Assembly: GCF_001194135.2 (NCBI RefSeq)
Contig: NC_068997.1
Coordinates: 29,641,760-29,705,759, forward strand
Source of the DNA: Octopus bimaculoides
Taxonomy: Eukaryota
Reading direction: 5' to 3'
DNA: 64,000 bases
Shown piece after piece: positions 38,076-52,653 of the stretch; position 1 is the stretch's first letter, and each line of letters opens with the position of its first letter. The translations under genes were made by a program, and so were the position numbers. Under the pieces are notes generated by a model. The model saw only the letters and a program-made list of their open reading frames with translations, ran no database searches and was not told where the DNA came from.

Positions 38076-41000
38076 AAACTTTTTAATAGTCATCCAATCC
38101 TGTTAAATAAAATGATAAAAATGTCAATCTAGGAATCTGGTTCATTTACAAGTAAAGAAATTACTCCGCCCTCATTTTCTTTACTTGTTCAGATGCTTAG
38201 TCAGTCTTGTAAGATATCAAATATACACTTCACCATTTGAAATGGTCCAGAACTTGGCATGAACAATACGCTATCTCTCACATCCTGCTACAAAAGAAAT
38301 AGATGGAATTTGTGAATATTTATTATCTTGAAAAATTATTTACAGTAAACAACTCAAAGGTGTGTGTTATTGGTTTGTTTTTAAGTTCTTCTCTAATCTG
38401 TTATTGATGCCAATTTTTCATTTATCAGCTTTTAAATTATTGCTTTTAATGAAGCTTATTTCAATTATTACTGAAAATTGTATTGAATCTAAAAGCGAAT
38501 CTGCTTTCAATGTTTAGTTTACAGTTGATGTTACAAAAATCCCTGTTCATATGTTGTTAATTATCTCAGAATTAAATACTTAATCAAACTGTTATTTTAC
38601 TACATATGCATTTCGGAATTAAATCGAATTACAAAACACTGACAAAATTGGAGAAAATTCCATAAATACTGTCTGTAATTCTATATTGACTTGAATGGGA
38701 AAATTTGTTGCTCAAGAAGGACTTCAGTTTGAACAATTTTCATGTTTCATATTTAGATGCTTTTTATTAAATTCATTCAGTTGTTAAACAGATAAAGCTT
38801 GGAATTAAATGGTTTCGATTTACTGTTAGGTAACTTTTGGCCAGCGTTGTATATATGTGTGTGTGTTTATGAATGTGATGCTTTTTGGATATAGTTGACA
38901 TCATTGTAATTAAGTTAAGGAAATAGTCTTGTTAATGTGTTGAATCTTTTCAGAAGGGCTTTTAAAGTTTGTGTGTGTGAGAGAGAGAGTTATGAGTTAT
39001 ATATAGTTTAAACTGAATTGTTTTTGGTTGCTTTTGTAGCTATATGTACTCAATAATTGTATTTAATTTCAAGTTGAATTTCAACAGCTCTAGATGGATG
39101 GGTAATCACAGCCTTTCAATGGTTCCAATTCAGTTATTTTGTCTGTAGGGGTATTATAAACGTTGATCACACAGGCTGTCTTGGTTCCCCACTACAACTA
39201 ATGCATACCCCCCTTCCTTTTTTTTTCATCTTGTACATTCCGTTCACATTTGCCTGTATTAATCCTCTTTTGTGCTTGTTTCATTTGTCAACTTTCACTG
39301 GTTGGCTTTAAAGACCATATGCATTCCAGTCTGGCTTGCTTCTCTCTGTATTGTCCAAAATTTTAATCTTAACTGTTCTTAATGGAATTATTTCTTCTGT
39401 TTTTAAATTCTGAATATTCCTAAGAGGTTTTGTGTTCTCATTACTTAATCTTGGTTGACAGAAGAAGTTTTTGGACTTGGTATGGATGACATGTGTGAAA
39501 CCCTATTCTGTCTGTATTTAATATACAGAATGCTCCTCTGGGGCTATTCTCCTTCAAATATATTATTGTTTACATTGTACTTTGCTATAGATCTTAAATA
39601 AGGCAATTCTTTCGCAGTTCAGTCTTTATGTCAAACATCTGTAAATATTAATTGCATGAATATCCACACACACGCAAGTAACAAAAAAAAAAAAAAAACT
39701 TGTTTGAAGTTGAATTTGAAATGTCAGGAATTTGAAGAATCTGTTGCCAGTTGATTATTGTCATGCTGGCAGTGTGTGATTGGCTGGAATGTATTTTTAG
39801 ATGGTAGTAAAAGTAGTAATATTTTAAATTAGTTTGCATAATAAAAGGCCTTTCTATAGAATGTGCTAAGGTTAGCCTTTCCAATGAAACTGCAGCAGAG
39901 ACGGTGAAGGTGGAGAGTTCCTCAATTACTAAAAATACATTGGAAAATTGATGCTTATTGGTTACGAAAGATACAGTTGTGGTTTATACTTGTTTGTCTT
40001 TGCATCAGCAAGTGCCTCAGTAGATAATCAATTTAATCAATTGTAATAAATTATAGATTATATAATCAGATAATTTAAGTTCATACTAAAATTTGGTCTT
40101 GAAATCTAAAAATATTCACCTGTCTATTGAAATAAACATTGATTTCAGAGAGCTGATAGCAAAGGAAAATAGATCAATCTTGGACTTTGGAAAATTCTAT
40201 GTAGTTTGCTCAGGTTGCCTGTTATAATTACCAAATCTTGCTCAACAAACTATTGTCATCAAAATTGATCTTATTTTAAGACCTGAACTTCAAGTGTTCA
40301 GGTGGTTTGTTATTTGGATTGCATTTTGAAAGTTTATAAGGTGCATCTCAGATTTGGATGGCCCTTTCATGAACCATCATCTCATTATTAATAATGCAAA
40401 CTCTGACATTGTGTTTAAAAGATGTAGATTGACTTTATGGGATATCTTTTCTGGAAAAAAAAAAAAAGAAGAGCACCATATAAGCTGTCAAAAACAATAA
40501 TTGGCCCATAGGTTCTGTTACCTAGGTTACTGAAACAGCTGTGTAGGTGGATGTTGTGAAAGCATAGCCAGTCAGGACAGGTTGGGAAAGGTTCAACATG
40601 CTATTGTTACCCCTTTTTGATAATAAAGGGATTTCCAAGTGTATAAAGCTTGTGTATAAAATGCAATGTTGCATAGTAAATAAACCTGAACAAGGAATGT
40701 GGAGAATGTGGGAAGACTGTAAAGGCAGAAAGTGAGCATAGTTCAGTAGATGTGTAATGTGAGCAGTGATTGTGAATGATAAAAGAGGTGAGATAAGGGA
40801 GGAAGAAGAATGGGTGGAACCAGCTGTGCTGGTGTTGTCATGTGCTGCGTATGAAAAATGACAGATGAATATGCAGATGTAGGATGAAATGGTGATGATT
40901 GATATCAGGATGATGAGGGCTGGATACTGTGCTGAGGAACGATCGAATCTACACAAGCAGAGAAAGAAAAAAAAAACTCATTTTACAATAGCTTTGAATC

Positions 41001-41134
41001 TGAACCGACATACTGTATCCAGAATGCTTACCTATATATTCAAAGCATTTGACCTGTGGATTAAAATGAATTAAGGCATTTAACATATTGATTTCTAATT
41101 TAAGATCTTTCTATGCTTGTATGATTTGAAATAA

Positions 41135-41182
<48 letters not shown>

Positions 41183-41318
41183 CATACAAAACACTTAATT
41201 TCTGATCATTATTTTGCCAGACATCTGAGAAATGGTGTGGAATTCAGTGTGATGGTAGGATTATTTGTGGCCAAGTGTTAGGTTGAATGAAACGGCAATT
41301 ATAAAACTTTGGCAGTTC

Positions 41319-41512
41319 TTAGAAAATTACTATTTTAAAATCTCACGTGAGATATTCAGCAACAGTACTTTGGAGTAAAGATTGTTTGCCAACATAACAT
41401 GGCAGTCCTGGTTTAGGACTAATGTTGCTGTAATTTAGCCCCAGGAGACATTGTCTCCAGCTGGCTATATGACACGATCTGTGTCCTTATATTTTCGAAC
41501 AAGGGAATCTAG
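41319..41512. repeat. Second copy of the 664-860 repeat, opposite orientation
   Basis: Shared core CATAACATGGCAGTCCTGGTTTAG...AGCCCCAGGAGACAT...GACACGATCTGTGTCCTTATATTTTCGAAC. Confidence 0.9.
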
Positions 41513-42770
41513 TAACATTCTCAATTTTAGATTCTTAGAGATCATTCACTTTATTGTGAATTGAAGTTAGTATAAACTGCTTCTCAGTCTTGCTGTGACT
41601 TCAATTTACCCTTTTTTTTTTTTTTTGGTTGGAACTTACTGTTTAAGGAAATTTTTGCATGCACACACATCAGGCCATATATAAACTTCTTCACACTATT
41701 ACTTGATAAAGTGTACTTAGAATATGTTGTCTGAACTATGTAGAAGCTTCAGTATATTAAATTGTAATTTGTGTCATGCTCTTAATAGACACAATTATAT
41801 TCAGTGTACCTTATTAGGATAATGAAGACAAAATTAATTTCGAAAATTTCAAAAGATTTTTGTAGCTGCTCATCAAGTGGATGAATAATGTTATATGGAG
41901 ATTTAAAGTCAGTGATTGTATCTTTTGCTACTCTATATATAGAGTAATTGCTGATGAAAAGCTGCTGACTAATGATTCAACATACGGCTTCATTGACGAG
42001 TCTCTTAGGTCATCTGGTCTAACCACATACGGCAATGTTTTTAAGAAACCACATAAACAACAATACCGTTTATTCACTGGATGTTTATAAAATGTGATTC
42101 AGAATTTTTCTGAAATCTCTCTAGAAATACGTTTCACTGATTCAGAACATTTCTTAGGCATGGCCTTGTGATTAAGAAGCAGCTCACTTTACAACCACTT
42201 GGTTTTGAGTTCAGTCCCACTATGTGGCTCTTTTGGGGACAGGTTTCTGCTGCTATAACCCTATGCTGAATAATGCCTTTTGAGTGAGTTTAGTTTTCTA
42301 GACAAAAACTGTGTAGAAGCCTGTCATATATATTCCTTTCTTTCGTTCTTGTTTGTCATTTGATTGTGGCCATGCTGGAGCACTGCATTTAATCAAGCAA
42401 ATCAACCCGACTGGAGGACTTAGTCTTTGTAAGCCTGGTACTTATCCTATCAGTCTCTTTTGCTGAACTGCTAAGTTAAGGGGACATAAACACACCAACA
42501 TTGGTTGTCAGGCAATGGCGATGAGGGGGGGGGCACAAACACAGTCACACAAACATATACATACACTTTAATTTGTTTGTCATTTCTGGCCAAACAGAAA
42601 GATAAAGAGAGAGAGAGAGAGAGAGAGAGAGATTGAAAGGTATCAGTTCTTTGAAAATTTTGGCACTTTAGTTCTAGTCACACCATCATCATCACTATCA
42701 TCACCATAAAGTGTGAAAGTAGACAAAAACACCCACGCTTATAAATGAGATGGTGTTTCACTTATGTTTT

Positions 42771-43146
42771 NNNNNNNNNNNNNNNNNNNNNNNNNNNNNN
42801 NNNNNNNNNNNNNNNNNNNNNNNNNNNNNNNNNNNNNNNNNNNNNNNNNNNNNNNNNNNNNNNNNNNNNNNNNNNNNNNNNNNNNNNNNNNNNNNNNNNN
42901 NNNNNNNNNNNNNNNNNNNNNNNNNNNNNNNNNNNNNNNNNNNNNNNNNNNNNNNNNNNNNNNNNNNNNNNNNNNNNNNNNNNNNNNNNNNNNNNNNNNN
43001 NNNNNNNNNNNNNNNNNNNNNNNNNNNNNNNNNNNNNNNNNNNNNNNNNNNNNNNNNNNNNNNNNNNNNNNNNNNNNNNNNNNNNNNNNNNNNNNNNNNN
43101 NNNNNNNNNNNNNNNNNNNNNNNNNNNNNNNNNNNNNNNNNNNNNN
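42771..43146. other. Assembly gap
   Basis: N run. Confidence 1.
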
Positions 43147-43154
43147 TTCATTAA

Positions 43155-43363
43155 CCCTTTCGTTACTGTATTTATTTTGAGATGCTCTGTGTTTCATTTA
43201 CTTTTAAATATAACAAAGAATTTAGTAAAATAACTTATTAAGCTAGTGTTAGGAACATAAATTGCGACTAAGGTTTGGTGGAAGATTTTAATTAGAACTT
43301 ATGAAAACAAGACACTTGTACTCAGAGCCAGAGCAGGTTTCAGCCAGGTTGGTAACGGAAGGG
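43155..43363. mobile_element. piggyBac-like MITE (second family)
   Basis: TTAA-CCCTTTCGTTAC...GTAACGGAAGGG-TTCA. Confidence 0.7.
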
Positions 43364-44188
43364 TTCATGAGCTCTTGTATATATTTTTTACATTTAAGTA
43401 TTTAGCTGTGATATTGAAATGTGTTAAGCTATTTTGTGCAATATTTAGATATGAGATGCTCTAATTCTTAATTGTGAGAAAATACTCTCAAATCTTAGAA
43501 TACATTTTTAATAGTAACTCAAAAGTAGAAAGTGATTTACAATATTGTCATTTGTGATATTTTTTTTTGTTGATAATTAGGAGATTGTTACCTACAGATG
43601 GTAAAAGTTGTTTTAGTTTTCCTTGGTGAATCTACGCCAATGAAGACTTAATCAAAATTAGCGCAGCTCTCTATGTTAGGGCTTACGGATTCATTCAGCC
43701 CTTGCCAACATAGAAAAAAAAACAGCTTGGGGAGTCATAAAGGTAGTGATGAATATGGTAAAATCAATTTATTGATGTTTAATGTAAATCTGGAGAATGT
43801 TTGATGTAGTTGTTTTCATTACTACAACCTGTTTTGATAACGATTGTTTTGAACTCATTGACATCAGTCTATTAAAATTATCAAAGGCACAGACACTTGT
43901 AACATTTCTGTTATTTTCATTTCAAAGAATGGTTTGCTACTAAAGAGTAAGTTTCGTTTTGGTTTGCAAATTTCTCGTTTCGATCTAGTGTAGCTTCAGT
44001 TTCTTAGCTGCTGCAATGCAAAGTATTTTGGCAGCAAGAATCTTCCACACTATGATAAATTGTTTAACTGCCACCTAAACCCTTGTATCATTAATTCTTG
44101 ATTGATTTTCTTATACTTGGTTTCCTTCCATTTGCATTTACCATATTTGGCAAATGAGGAATGCCGTTCCTTTTATTCTTGCTTTGCG

Positions 44189-44240
<52 letters not shown>

Positions 44241-46199
44241 GTAAATGTTACAAATGTTGAGTAAAATCAGCATAAAAATGTTGTTTATGCTAAAGCTAGA
44301 GTAACCAATTTGTCTTGTTTTTAGGTTTTCCATTAACTCTTTTGCATTCAGATTAATCTGAATGCAGTGCTTGTCTATTCACATTGCTTTGAATTAATTG
44401 TGCATTATCTCACAGATTTTAATGTTGTAATTGTTATTTTTAGAATGACATTGTAAGGTATGCACAAGTGGCTGGATCTGATTTGTCTAAAAGCCAAAGG
44501 GTTAAGGAAAAAAGAACGAAACTTTGCTTGTTCACAGTTATGTATTTTTGGAAGAGTTGTTATACTGTAAGAATGCATTATGTGCATGTTATTTCAGCAA
44601 TAAGCATAAGGATAAATCTAGTGTGCAATTGGGGGCATGCAAGGACACTGTTCTCAGTCATTCTCTATTTATTACAGAAAGGGCATAAAAGCGGAGTCTA
44701 AGAGTGGCTCTCTGTAGGAGTACCTCTGTGTTGATGACCTGGCTCTTAATCTGTAGTGGTTTGTGTGTGTGTGCTGTGCCCATACATTTGGGCCTCACAC
44801 TCAAAATGTCTTTGCCATGACTACATCTGCTGTTGCCTCCTCTTTTACTCACTCACCCCACCACTCTGTCTGTCTGTCTGTCTGTCTCTCCACTTGCCCA
44901 ACTAAGGAAGGGCAGTACCTGATAAACCATACCAATGCTCTTTCTGCAATGTCCTTATATCACTCCCTCTACCTTGACTCATTTGCCTTTGCATTTGTCT
45001 CACTCTTACCATCATCCATTTCTGCTGCTATCAATCACTCTTCCTTCTCACATTGTTTCCTCATTAACTTACACATTTCACCTCCCCACATCCTGTCCTC
45101 ATTCCCTTCTGTTCACCTTCACTTTCACTGAACGAACACCTCATGCAGTGGAATGTTAGGCACTAGTGCCAGCACTATTATAAAATGCAACCCCAATGTA
45201 TTCTATTGAGTGGTTGGTGAATTAGCAGGGTCAGTAAAGGTTTTTGAGAAAACTAAGTGTAGGTGCCATGTTAAAATACTCAGTACTCTTTCCAGTTTGT
45301 GATAGGAAGGGCATTTAGCCATAAAAATCAAGGTAAGATTAAAACATTTGAATGAGATGTGGTTTTCTATCTGGGAGAGCATTCACCTCAAATGAGAACT
45401 GACTCAGACAGTGGCAGCCCATCAAATCTATGCCAATAAGGAAAGCAAATATAAAAGTGTGTGTGTGTGTGTTAGTCTTTTTGAACTAAAGTTGTAAAGT
45501 ATTTGTATTATATAGAAGTCAATATCTTCATCATTTTACACTTATTTATTGTTGTGTGCTTGTTTAGGTTGGATGTGCCCTATTCAGCAGAGTGTCTTAG
45601 CACTTATTGCAAATCTTTGAAGTTCAGCCTCATGGTATCAACTTTCACCACTTCTTTCCTCAACTCTCCTAGTTTTCTGTTCTGACTGGTTCTTTCCACT
45701 TAGATTGAATGGACTTCTTTCTCTGATCCTCCATATGCATCACTTGCCCGTAAGCTTTTGCACATTACATTTGACTTCCCATACACTGGGTTCTTCTCTC
45801 AGCTTATTTGTGCCACACTAACATTACACACCCAATGGAACATTACTACCTCTTTTTTCTCCTTCCAGTATTTGCATATTTTCTACTTTCAATGCCCATA
45901 TTTTGTTGGCAAGCAACATTCCCCTTCATACACAATCATCATACAATCTGCTTTTCATTTGAGAGCTAAGACCAAAGTGGTTGTTAGTAAGAAAGAAGAT
46001 AAAACTTTCTTTCCATCAGGTAAATGACCCTGCTCCATATGTAGGAAAGGAGTTGGAAGAAATTCCATTTGCTGCACCCAGTGTAAACTATCGACACATA
46101 AGAGGTGCAGTGGAATCACAGGTAGATTAACAGATAGTCTTTGTATGTGGCAGATGTGCAGGAACAATAAGCACTAAGAGCACACGGGACTTAGATTCT

Positions 46200-46620
46200 C
46201 TCAAATGCTTAGGCGGCTCTCAGAATGAAAGGTAGACTGTATGATGCTTGTGTGTGAACGGCTATACTCCATGGTAGTATGACATGGGCTCTGAATGCTG
46301 AAGACATGCATAGACTGGAGAGAAATGAAGGTAGCATGCTCTGTTGGATGTGCAACATCAGTGCATATGCATGACAAAGTGTAAATGTATTGAGAGAAAA
46401 GTTGGGCATAAGAGGAATCAAATGTAGCATGCAAGAGAGAAGACTACGTTGGTTTGGACATGTGATGTGTATGAATAAAGAAGTGCCTGTCACTGAAAGT
46501 GGATGGTACCGATGGAGGGAGATCTAGGAAGACATGGGATGAAGTGGTAAGGGCTGATCTCGGGATGTTGGGCCTCATGGAGGAAATGACCATGGACCGA
46601 ATAAAAAGAAAACTCTCACG
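46200..46620 (+). mobile_element. RTE LINE fragment
   Basis: AGAGAAGACTACGTTGGTTTGGACATGTG (ERRLRWFGHV) and GRSRKTWDEVVRADL. A second decayed RTE piece lies on the opposite strand at about 45700-46180. Confidence 0.7.
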
Positions 46621-48600
46621 CTCTATCACAACAAACCAAATTATGTCTCTGCATCCCTTCTTTTCCCTACATTTCTGCTTCATGTACTATGGTTACCTCC
46701 CCAATCTTGTCTTCTTGACCCAGTGCTCTCTGCTTGCCCCTGACCTGTGTATTCTACCCACATGCTTTGTCCTACTCTGTTATTGCCATCTGCTAGCCCC
46801 CGACCTGGGTGTTCCACCCACACGTAACAAAACTTTTCCCTCACCCTACCCCAACAAACCAATTTATATCTCTTTCTTGCATTTCTGTTTTCATTCCTGA
46901 TCTTTCTCTCTCTGGCCAGGTAACCTTGTACTTCCTCTTCAGCAAGACACCTATATCTGTCTCACTATAACCTTTTCATCACCTCCTCCAATGCTTCCTT
47001 CCCCCTTAAAGTTTCTGTCTTGCATGTACTTGGTGACTCTGTCAGTGCAGGTGCCACTTAAAAGCACCCAGCCCACACTATAAAGTGGTTGGTGTTCAAA
47101 AGGGCATCCAGCTGTAAAAACCTTGCCAGAACTGACCTCATAGCCTGTGCTTGTGCCACATAAAAAGCATTAGGTCCACTCTGAGGAGTGGTTGGTGTTA
47201 GGAAGGGCATCCAGCTGTTAAAGTCCTGCCAAAACGGTCACAGAAGTCTGATGCAGGCTTCGGCCTGGCTGGCACTTGTGGTAGCCATCTCACCCATGCT
47301 AACATAGAACACGGATGTTAAATGATGATAATGAATCCCTTTGTTACCAGCAAAAGTAATAGCTTCCTAAAATTTTCCTACCTATTCTTTCTCTGGCTTC
47401 TATGCTTACAGAGGACTCTCCTGATAATTTGTCATTTAGGCAAAAATTGTCGATTACTTGTAGGGAACTCTTCAAGCATTTGAAAGAATGTTATAGTTGA
47501 TCTTAGTGCTGAGTGTTTCTGCTACATACAAAGTCCTTAGTGGACCCATGTCATGAAAACTGATGATTGCTTTATTAATTATATAAAATGGCATTTTAGT
47601 GTAAAATGACAGGTGACATTATGGTTAAATTTCTTCAGTAAAGACTACACATGACTGAAACCAATAATTTAAACATGATGGTGCATGCCACTTGCTGAGA
47701 TATGTCACAGTGGTATATAAGCACATAGACATTTGTGCTATCAAAAAATGACAGCATTTTAAACATTTTCATTGATCTATTGAACAGTTTAACGATAGGA
47801 AAATTTAAAATTAAAAATGCTTCTATTTACAAAATTATCACTTACCTACAAATGAGAGATTTATGCAATTATTATTCCAGAAATCCTTTTATCGCAATAT
47901 TAATAGTAAACTGCAAATTCTATAAGAATTTCCATTTTTTAATTTCTTTTTTTAAAAATTTTAATATCATTATCAGTATGTTAATATTGCTCTAATTTCT
48001 CATGTTTCTTTAAGCACACATAAAGCTAACCTCTGACCCACTCTCTGATAAATTATGTCAGCTTTTCTTCCTCTTTCGTTTTGTTACTTATTTATTTACT
48101 GTTTGTCATTTGATACATTCCTACTTCTACATTGTTTCCTCACTGTGACCTGAAAATACACAGTACACATATGTTCAGTATCCACCACTCTGCAGATAGA
48201 TGATAAAATTTGAAATTTTGTTTGTTCATTTAAATTGCTACCTTTTAAATCTAAATATATTCAGTTAAAATACAAAGGGTCTCTAAAAGAATTAGAAAAT
48301 TGTTAAACCTTACTTTTCAATCTCAGAGTGGTAGATGTTAGCTGCTTTGTAAGTAGTAGTCATATAGGTGCATCCACCATTTGCTGGTGATTCCCTACCT
48401 CCAACCTCTTTTAGTTGCCTTTTGCAACACAGAGGAAACTTTGGGTCTATTCTTTGACCTGTTGGACCCCTCCCCCCAACAGCACTAGAGTAATGTGAAA
48501 TGAAGTGTTTTGCTCAAGAGCACAGAGGTTTTATTATTGTTTAATGTTATTTTTAAAATGTTCTATTTGTATATTCTGCGAACTAATAATTTACCCGATA

Positions 48601-49030
48601 CATTATTACCTCTGCCTTGGCGGAGGTATTGTTTTCAGTCATGTTTGTTTGTCCATGGACAAGATATCTCCAGAACCACTGGATGGATTCGGATGAAACT
48701 TTCAAGGATGTTTGGCCTTGTAACTGGCACGAACTGATTAGATTTTGGGATTGATCCAGTACCAGACAAGGATTCTGGATTATATTTCCGTTTTTCTTTT
48801 TTACTTAATTTTTGAGAGTGGTAGGGTTCGTTATTAGTATTCTCGTTTGTGAGAGAAGAGTCTATTTCAGATATTCTTATTTTAAAAATCATCTCTGGCT
48901 AATCGTTGAGAGGACATTGGTGGAGGTTTGCACTCTCTTGTTTATATTTGTTTTAGATGGCAACTTCATGTTTTCATCATTGACTGATTTGAAGGAGATT
49001 TGGCGACTATTTCTAGCAGTTTGAGTAGCA
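48601..49030 (+). mobile_element. Helentron-associated (HINE/DINE-like) non-autonomous element
   Basis: TTATTACCTCTGCCTTGGCGGAGGTATTGTTTTC...GGATGGATTCGGATGAAACTTT...GATCC...GGATTCTGGAT architecture. Confidence 0.55.
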
Positions 49031-49731
49031 ACATAAAGACACATTTGTGAATATGTGAGTGTGTATGTTAGTAATATTTGTGCCTGTCAATGAAAGTTAA
49101 AGAATTTCTTTTCACAATATTGTCCACAATAATGTAACATTTCACTGAAATTTTTTGACTGAAAAAACTTCCTTTATACATCAAGTGGTAAATAAGTTTC
49201 AGTGAATTGTCAATATTCACAGGAAGAAATATTTTCAGGACTTTTTAATTTTGCTATTGTTTTCACATCAAATATTTAAATGGAAATGTATTTATCTTCT
49301 GAACAGAAAGATTGAGTTGTATTTACTTAAGATTTTTAGTAAATCTGCCATCGTTTTCATTACCTTTCTTCAGGTTTCTCCCTACCCACTTCTTTACAGT
49401 CTTTAGTAGAAAGTGGGTTATACATCTTTAGATTGTATACCTGACTTTCTACTATAAAATTAAAGAAATAGACGGAACGCTGAACTCCAGACTAAACAAC
49501 TTAAACAACATTTATTTACTTGGTAAAACATACAAATCTTTAGTTATACATCTTTAGAGGTGAGAATAACGAGCTGTCGAGTATAAGACCGAAAGATGTT
49601 GGGACAGCTTTTCAACACACGTCCATGCTCAATCACTGGCCAGCGAGAAAGAGAATGAATTGAGCGGGAAACGCTTGCTTGTTTTATTCTACGCATGCGC
49701 AGGCGTGACTACAGAGCTCCCTCGCCAGAGC

Positions 49732-49916
49732 NNNNNNNNNNNNNNNNNNNNNNNNNNNNNNNNNNNNNNNNNNNNNNNNNNNNNNNNNNNNNNNNNNNNN
49801 NNNNNNNNNNNNNNNNNNNNNNNNNNNNNNNNNNNNNNNNNNNNNNNNNNNNNNNNNNNNNNNNNNNNNNNNNNNNNNNNNNNNNNNNNNNNNNNNNNNN
49901 NNNNNNNNNNNNNNNN
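49732..49916. other. Assembly gap inside the LTR element
   Basis: N run. Confidence 1.
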
Positions 49917-50865
49917 AAAGAAAATTCAAAGAAATGAAATGTACACTTGTGAAATACATGCATGCAACGTATTAATGAAATGACAATGACAAAACAACTG
50001 TGATGACAACTGTCCAGGAAACTGGAATCACGCGATGTAAAAGTCTGAGAGTTTGTTTTCCCTGAAAGGAAAGAAAATGTATGAGTGCACAAGTGTGTGT
50101 GTGAGAAAAAACACAGAACAAGTGAAAGTGTCTGTAGTATAGACTGCGAAAAATCCCAAAACACCGAGATAGAGTACATTGATGAAAACGTCGGCGCAGG
50201 AACTGCTATAGCTGTGTTCTGTCTGTGTGGTGGTAATGATTCAGTTGAAACTTGGCGACGTCGGGGGGAAAGCTTGTAATTGACAGTAGTAATTGTTGTT
50301 GTCACGGTGGTAATCTTGGTTGGCGCACGACGCTGGTGGCGAAAATCTGTTTGGTGATGAGTGTTTGAAAAGGTACGCTTTTACAGAACGATCGACAGAC
50401 AACTTTTTCTGTACGACCATTAGCAAAAACCTCGAAGAAAAATTTTCTTAACCAAAGATGAAAGAACGGCCGTGCGAAATGAATAACAAGAGTTATTGTG
50501 TGGCATAGAAGATGTATGTGTAATGTGAAAGTGTGAAATGCGACATATAAAAACATAATAAAAAACAGGCTGTCTATATGTGTGTGAGATATCACAGCAG
50601 TTAAAAAGTCAGTACACAAGAGTTTTATACCAAGTTTTTTTTGAGTACACAATTGGAAAGTCGCAGGCTGCAATTCCTGTCTGTTTTTCATGAATGGAAA
50701 AAATCCACTCTAACAGAGACGAGAATAAAAACCGCGCTTGTTGAGTCGTGTTGACTATGTTTGGAGATGTTGGTAATGAGTCAGTCTCCATGGCTGTATT
50801 TGTTCTTTAGTCGAGGTTCACTAGTTATAAGTTGGTAATCCGTAGTTCATGCTGCGTTTTTTCTT

Positions 50866-50880
50866 CGTCGGGGGTCACCA
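50866..50880 (-). promoter_or_regulatory. Primer-binding site complementary to the tRNA-Trp 3' end
   Basis: Plus strand CGTCGGGGGTCACCA versus the eukaryotic tRNA-Trp 3' end CGTCGGGGTCA-CCA (one extra G); 1 nt from the LTR. Confidence 0.8.
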
Positions 50881-52575
50881 CTTTAGTAGAAAGTGGGTTA
50901 TACATCTTTAGATTGTATACCTGACTTTCTACTATAAAATTGAAGAAATAAACGGAACGCTGAACTCCAGACTAAACAACTTAAACAACATTTATTTACT
51001 TGGTAAAACATACAAATCTTTAGTTATACATCTTTAGAGGTGAGAATAACGAGCTGTCGAGTATAAGACCGAAAGATGTAGAGACAGCTTTAAACACACG
51101 TCCTTGCTCAATCGCTGGCCAGCGAGAAAGAGAATGAATTGAGCGGGAAACGCTTGCTTGTTTTATTCTACGCATGCGCATGCGTTACTACACAGTCAAT
51201 TGATGTATTTGAAAATGAAATATTCATGTCCCTTTTCCGGTAGTGTGTGAAGAAAAATAAACTTTATTTTTTTCTTGTGTTGCATTTGTAAATTCAGTGA
51301 ATAAATTGAGGAAGAATTTAGTTATTTTAACATCCACTTTTCTATGCTTACATGGATTGAATGGAATTTCTTGAGGCAGATTTTCTGTGGCCAGATGGCC
51401 TTCTTGTTGCCAACTTTCATTGGTTTGCAAGGAATGTAATATATTTTCATGTAATGGACACTGGTTACATGATACCACTTTTGGTTTTAGTCTACCAAGT
51501 TCATTTACAAGGCTTTGGATGGTCTGGGGCTATTGTAGAAGACATTTGTCCATGGTGCCATGCAGTGGGTCTGAACCCAAAACTGTGTGGTTGGGAAGCA
51601 AACTTCTTACCACTGCTTTTATTTCATTATCAACATATCTCTATTTATAAGGAAAATTGGCAAATTATGATGTTGTAATAGAAGTATATCAGAATGTTCA
51701 AACAAAATATAGTACAAATGATAAGATTATGTGAAAAATATTCAGATGGATTGTAGTGCAGGGGATAAAATATCAAATGTGTTACCTTTGCATTGAAATG
51801 ATGTCATAATAGAACGTGTTTTAAATTCTACAAAATGTCTTGTTTCATGAATCCTTGACAATCATGTTGACAGATGGACAGAGAAACATGGCTCTTACTA
51901 AACATGGATTGTTAAACAGTGTATGTGTGTGCATTGCATTGTTTTTTTATGTCTGCTTTTTCCAAACCATCATAGTTTAGACAAGCAGAAGTCTATAATT
52001 GGATCCCTTTGCTGATAGCAATATTTATTTTTAAGTACTTAACTGGTCATTTGCATATTGAACTGCCAAGCTGCAGTAGTGTTAATGACACAAAAATGAG
52101 AGGAAACACAAAGCAGCTCCTGTACCGTTTCATCTACAACAGATTGATCAGTTTGAGGTTCTAAGCAGAAGGTATTTGGCAAAGGTACCATGAGGTGGGA
52201 TGGAACCTGAAATACGGGTGCAAAACAAACTTCTTAAAGCTGTTTATTAGCACAATATTGTCAGAGACAATAAAGTAACCGTGTGTATATGGTTTAGCTA
52301 TGAAAGTAGCCTTTCAGAGGACACTGTTTTAAGACTTCTTCATTTGTTGTAAGTCTATCAGGTTGAACCCATTCCTCTCTTGGTAGCACTTTGCTGTAAA
52401 CTAACAAAATACTGGTATAACCTACTGTACCAATTCATAGCTCGGTGTTATGGGCCATTCACTTAATTGCTATGGACACTAGTGTAATTTACAGGATTTG
52501 GTTATTTTGGGATGTTAAGTTACAACCCATTCACACTGGCTTGTAGGCTGTCATTAAATAGTGCATTATCAAATT

Positions 52576-52578
<3 letters not shown>

Positions 52579-52645
<67 letters not shown>
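52579..52645. repeat. (TA)n microsatellite
   Basis: Direct inspection. Many other (TA)n, (CA)n, (GA)n and (TATC)n tracts, e.g. 9158-9215, 12008-12120, 14790-14836, 18820-18858, 22196-22232, 41138-41178. Confidence 0.95.

Positions 52646-52653
<8 letters not shown>

Larger units (their letters stand above)
49402..51192 (-). mobile_element. Short Ty3/gypsy (CsRn1/Kabuki-like) LTR retroelement, apparently non-autonomous
   Basis: LTRs 49402-49713 and 50882-51192 differ by about 9 substitutions and 1 indel by eye. TSD CAGTC at 49397-49401 and 51193-51197. Minus-strand LTR starts TGTAGT. PBS TGGTGACCCCCGACG after the 5' LTR. Purine-rich GGCGAGGGAG before the 3' LTR. Confidence 0.88.

Noticed and set aside
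40522-40956. 144-aa minus-strand ORF
   Set aside because: Compositionally biased, no recognisable motif or splice signals; probably decayed repeat.
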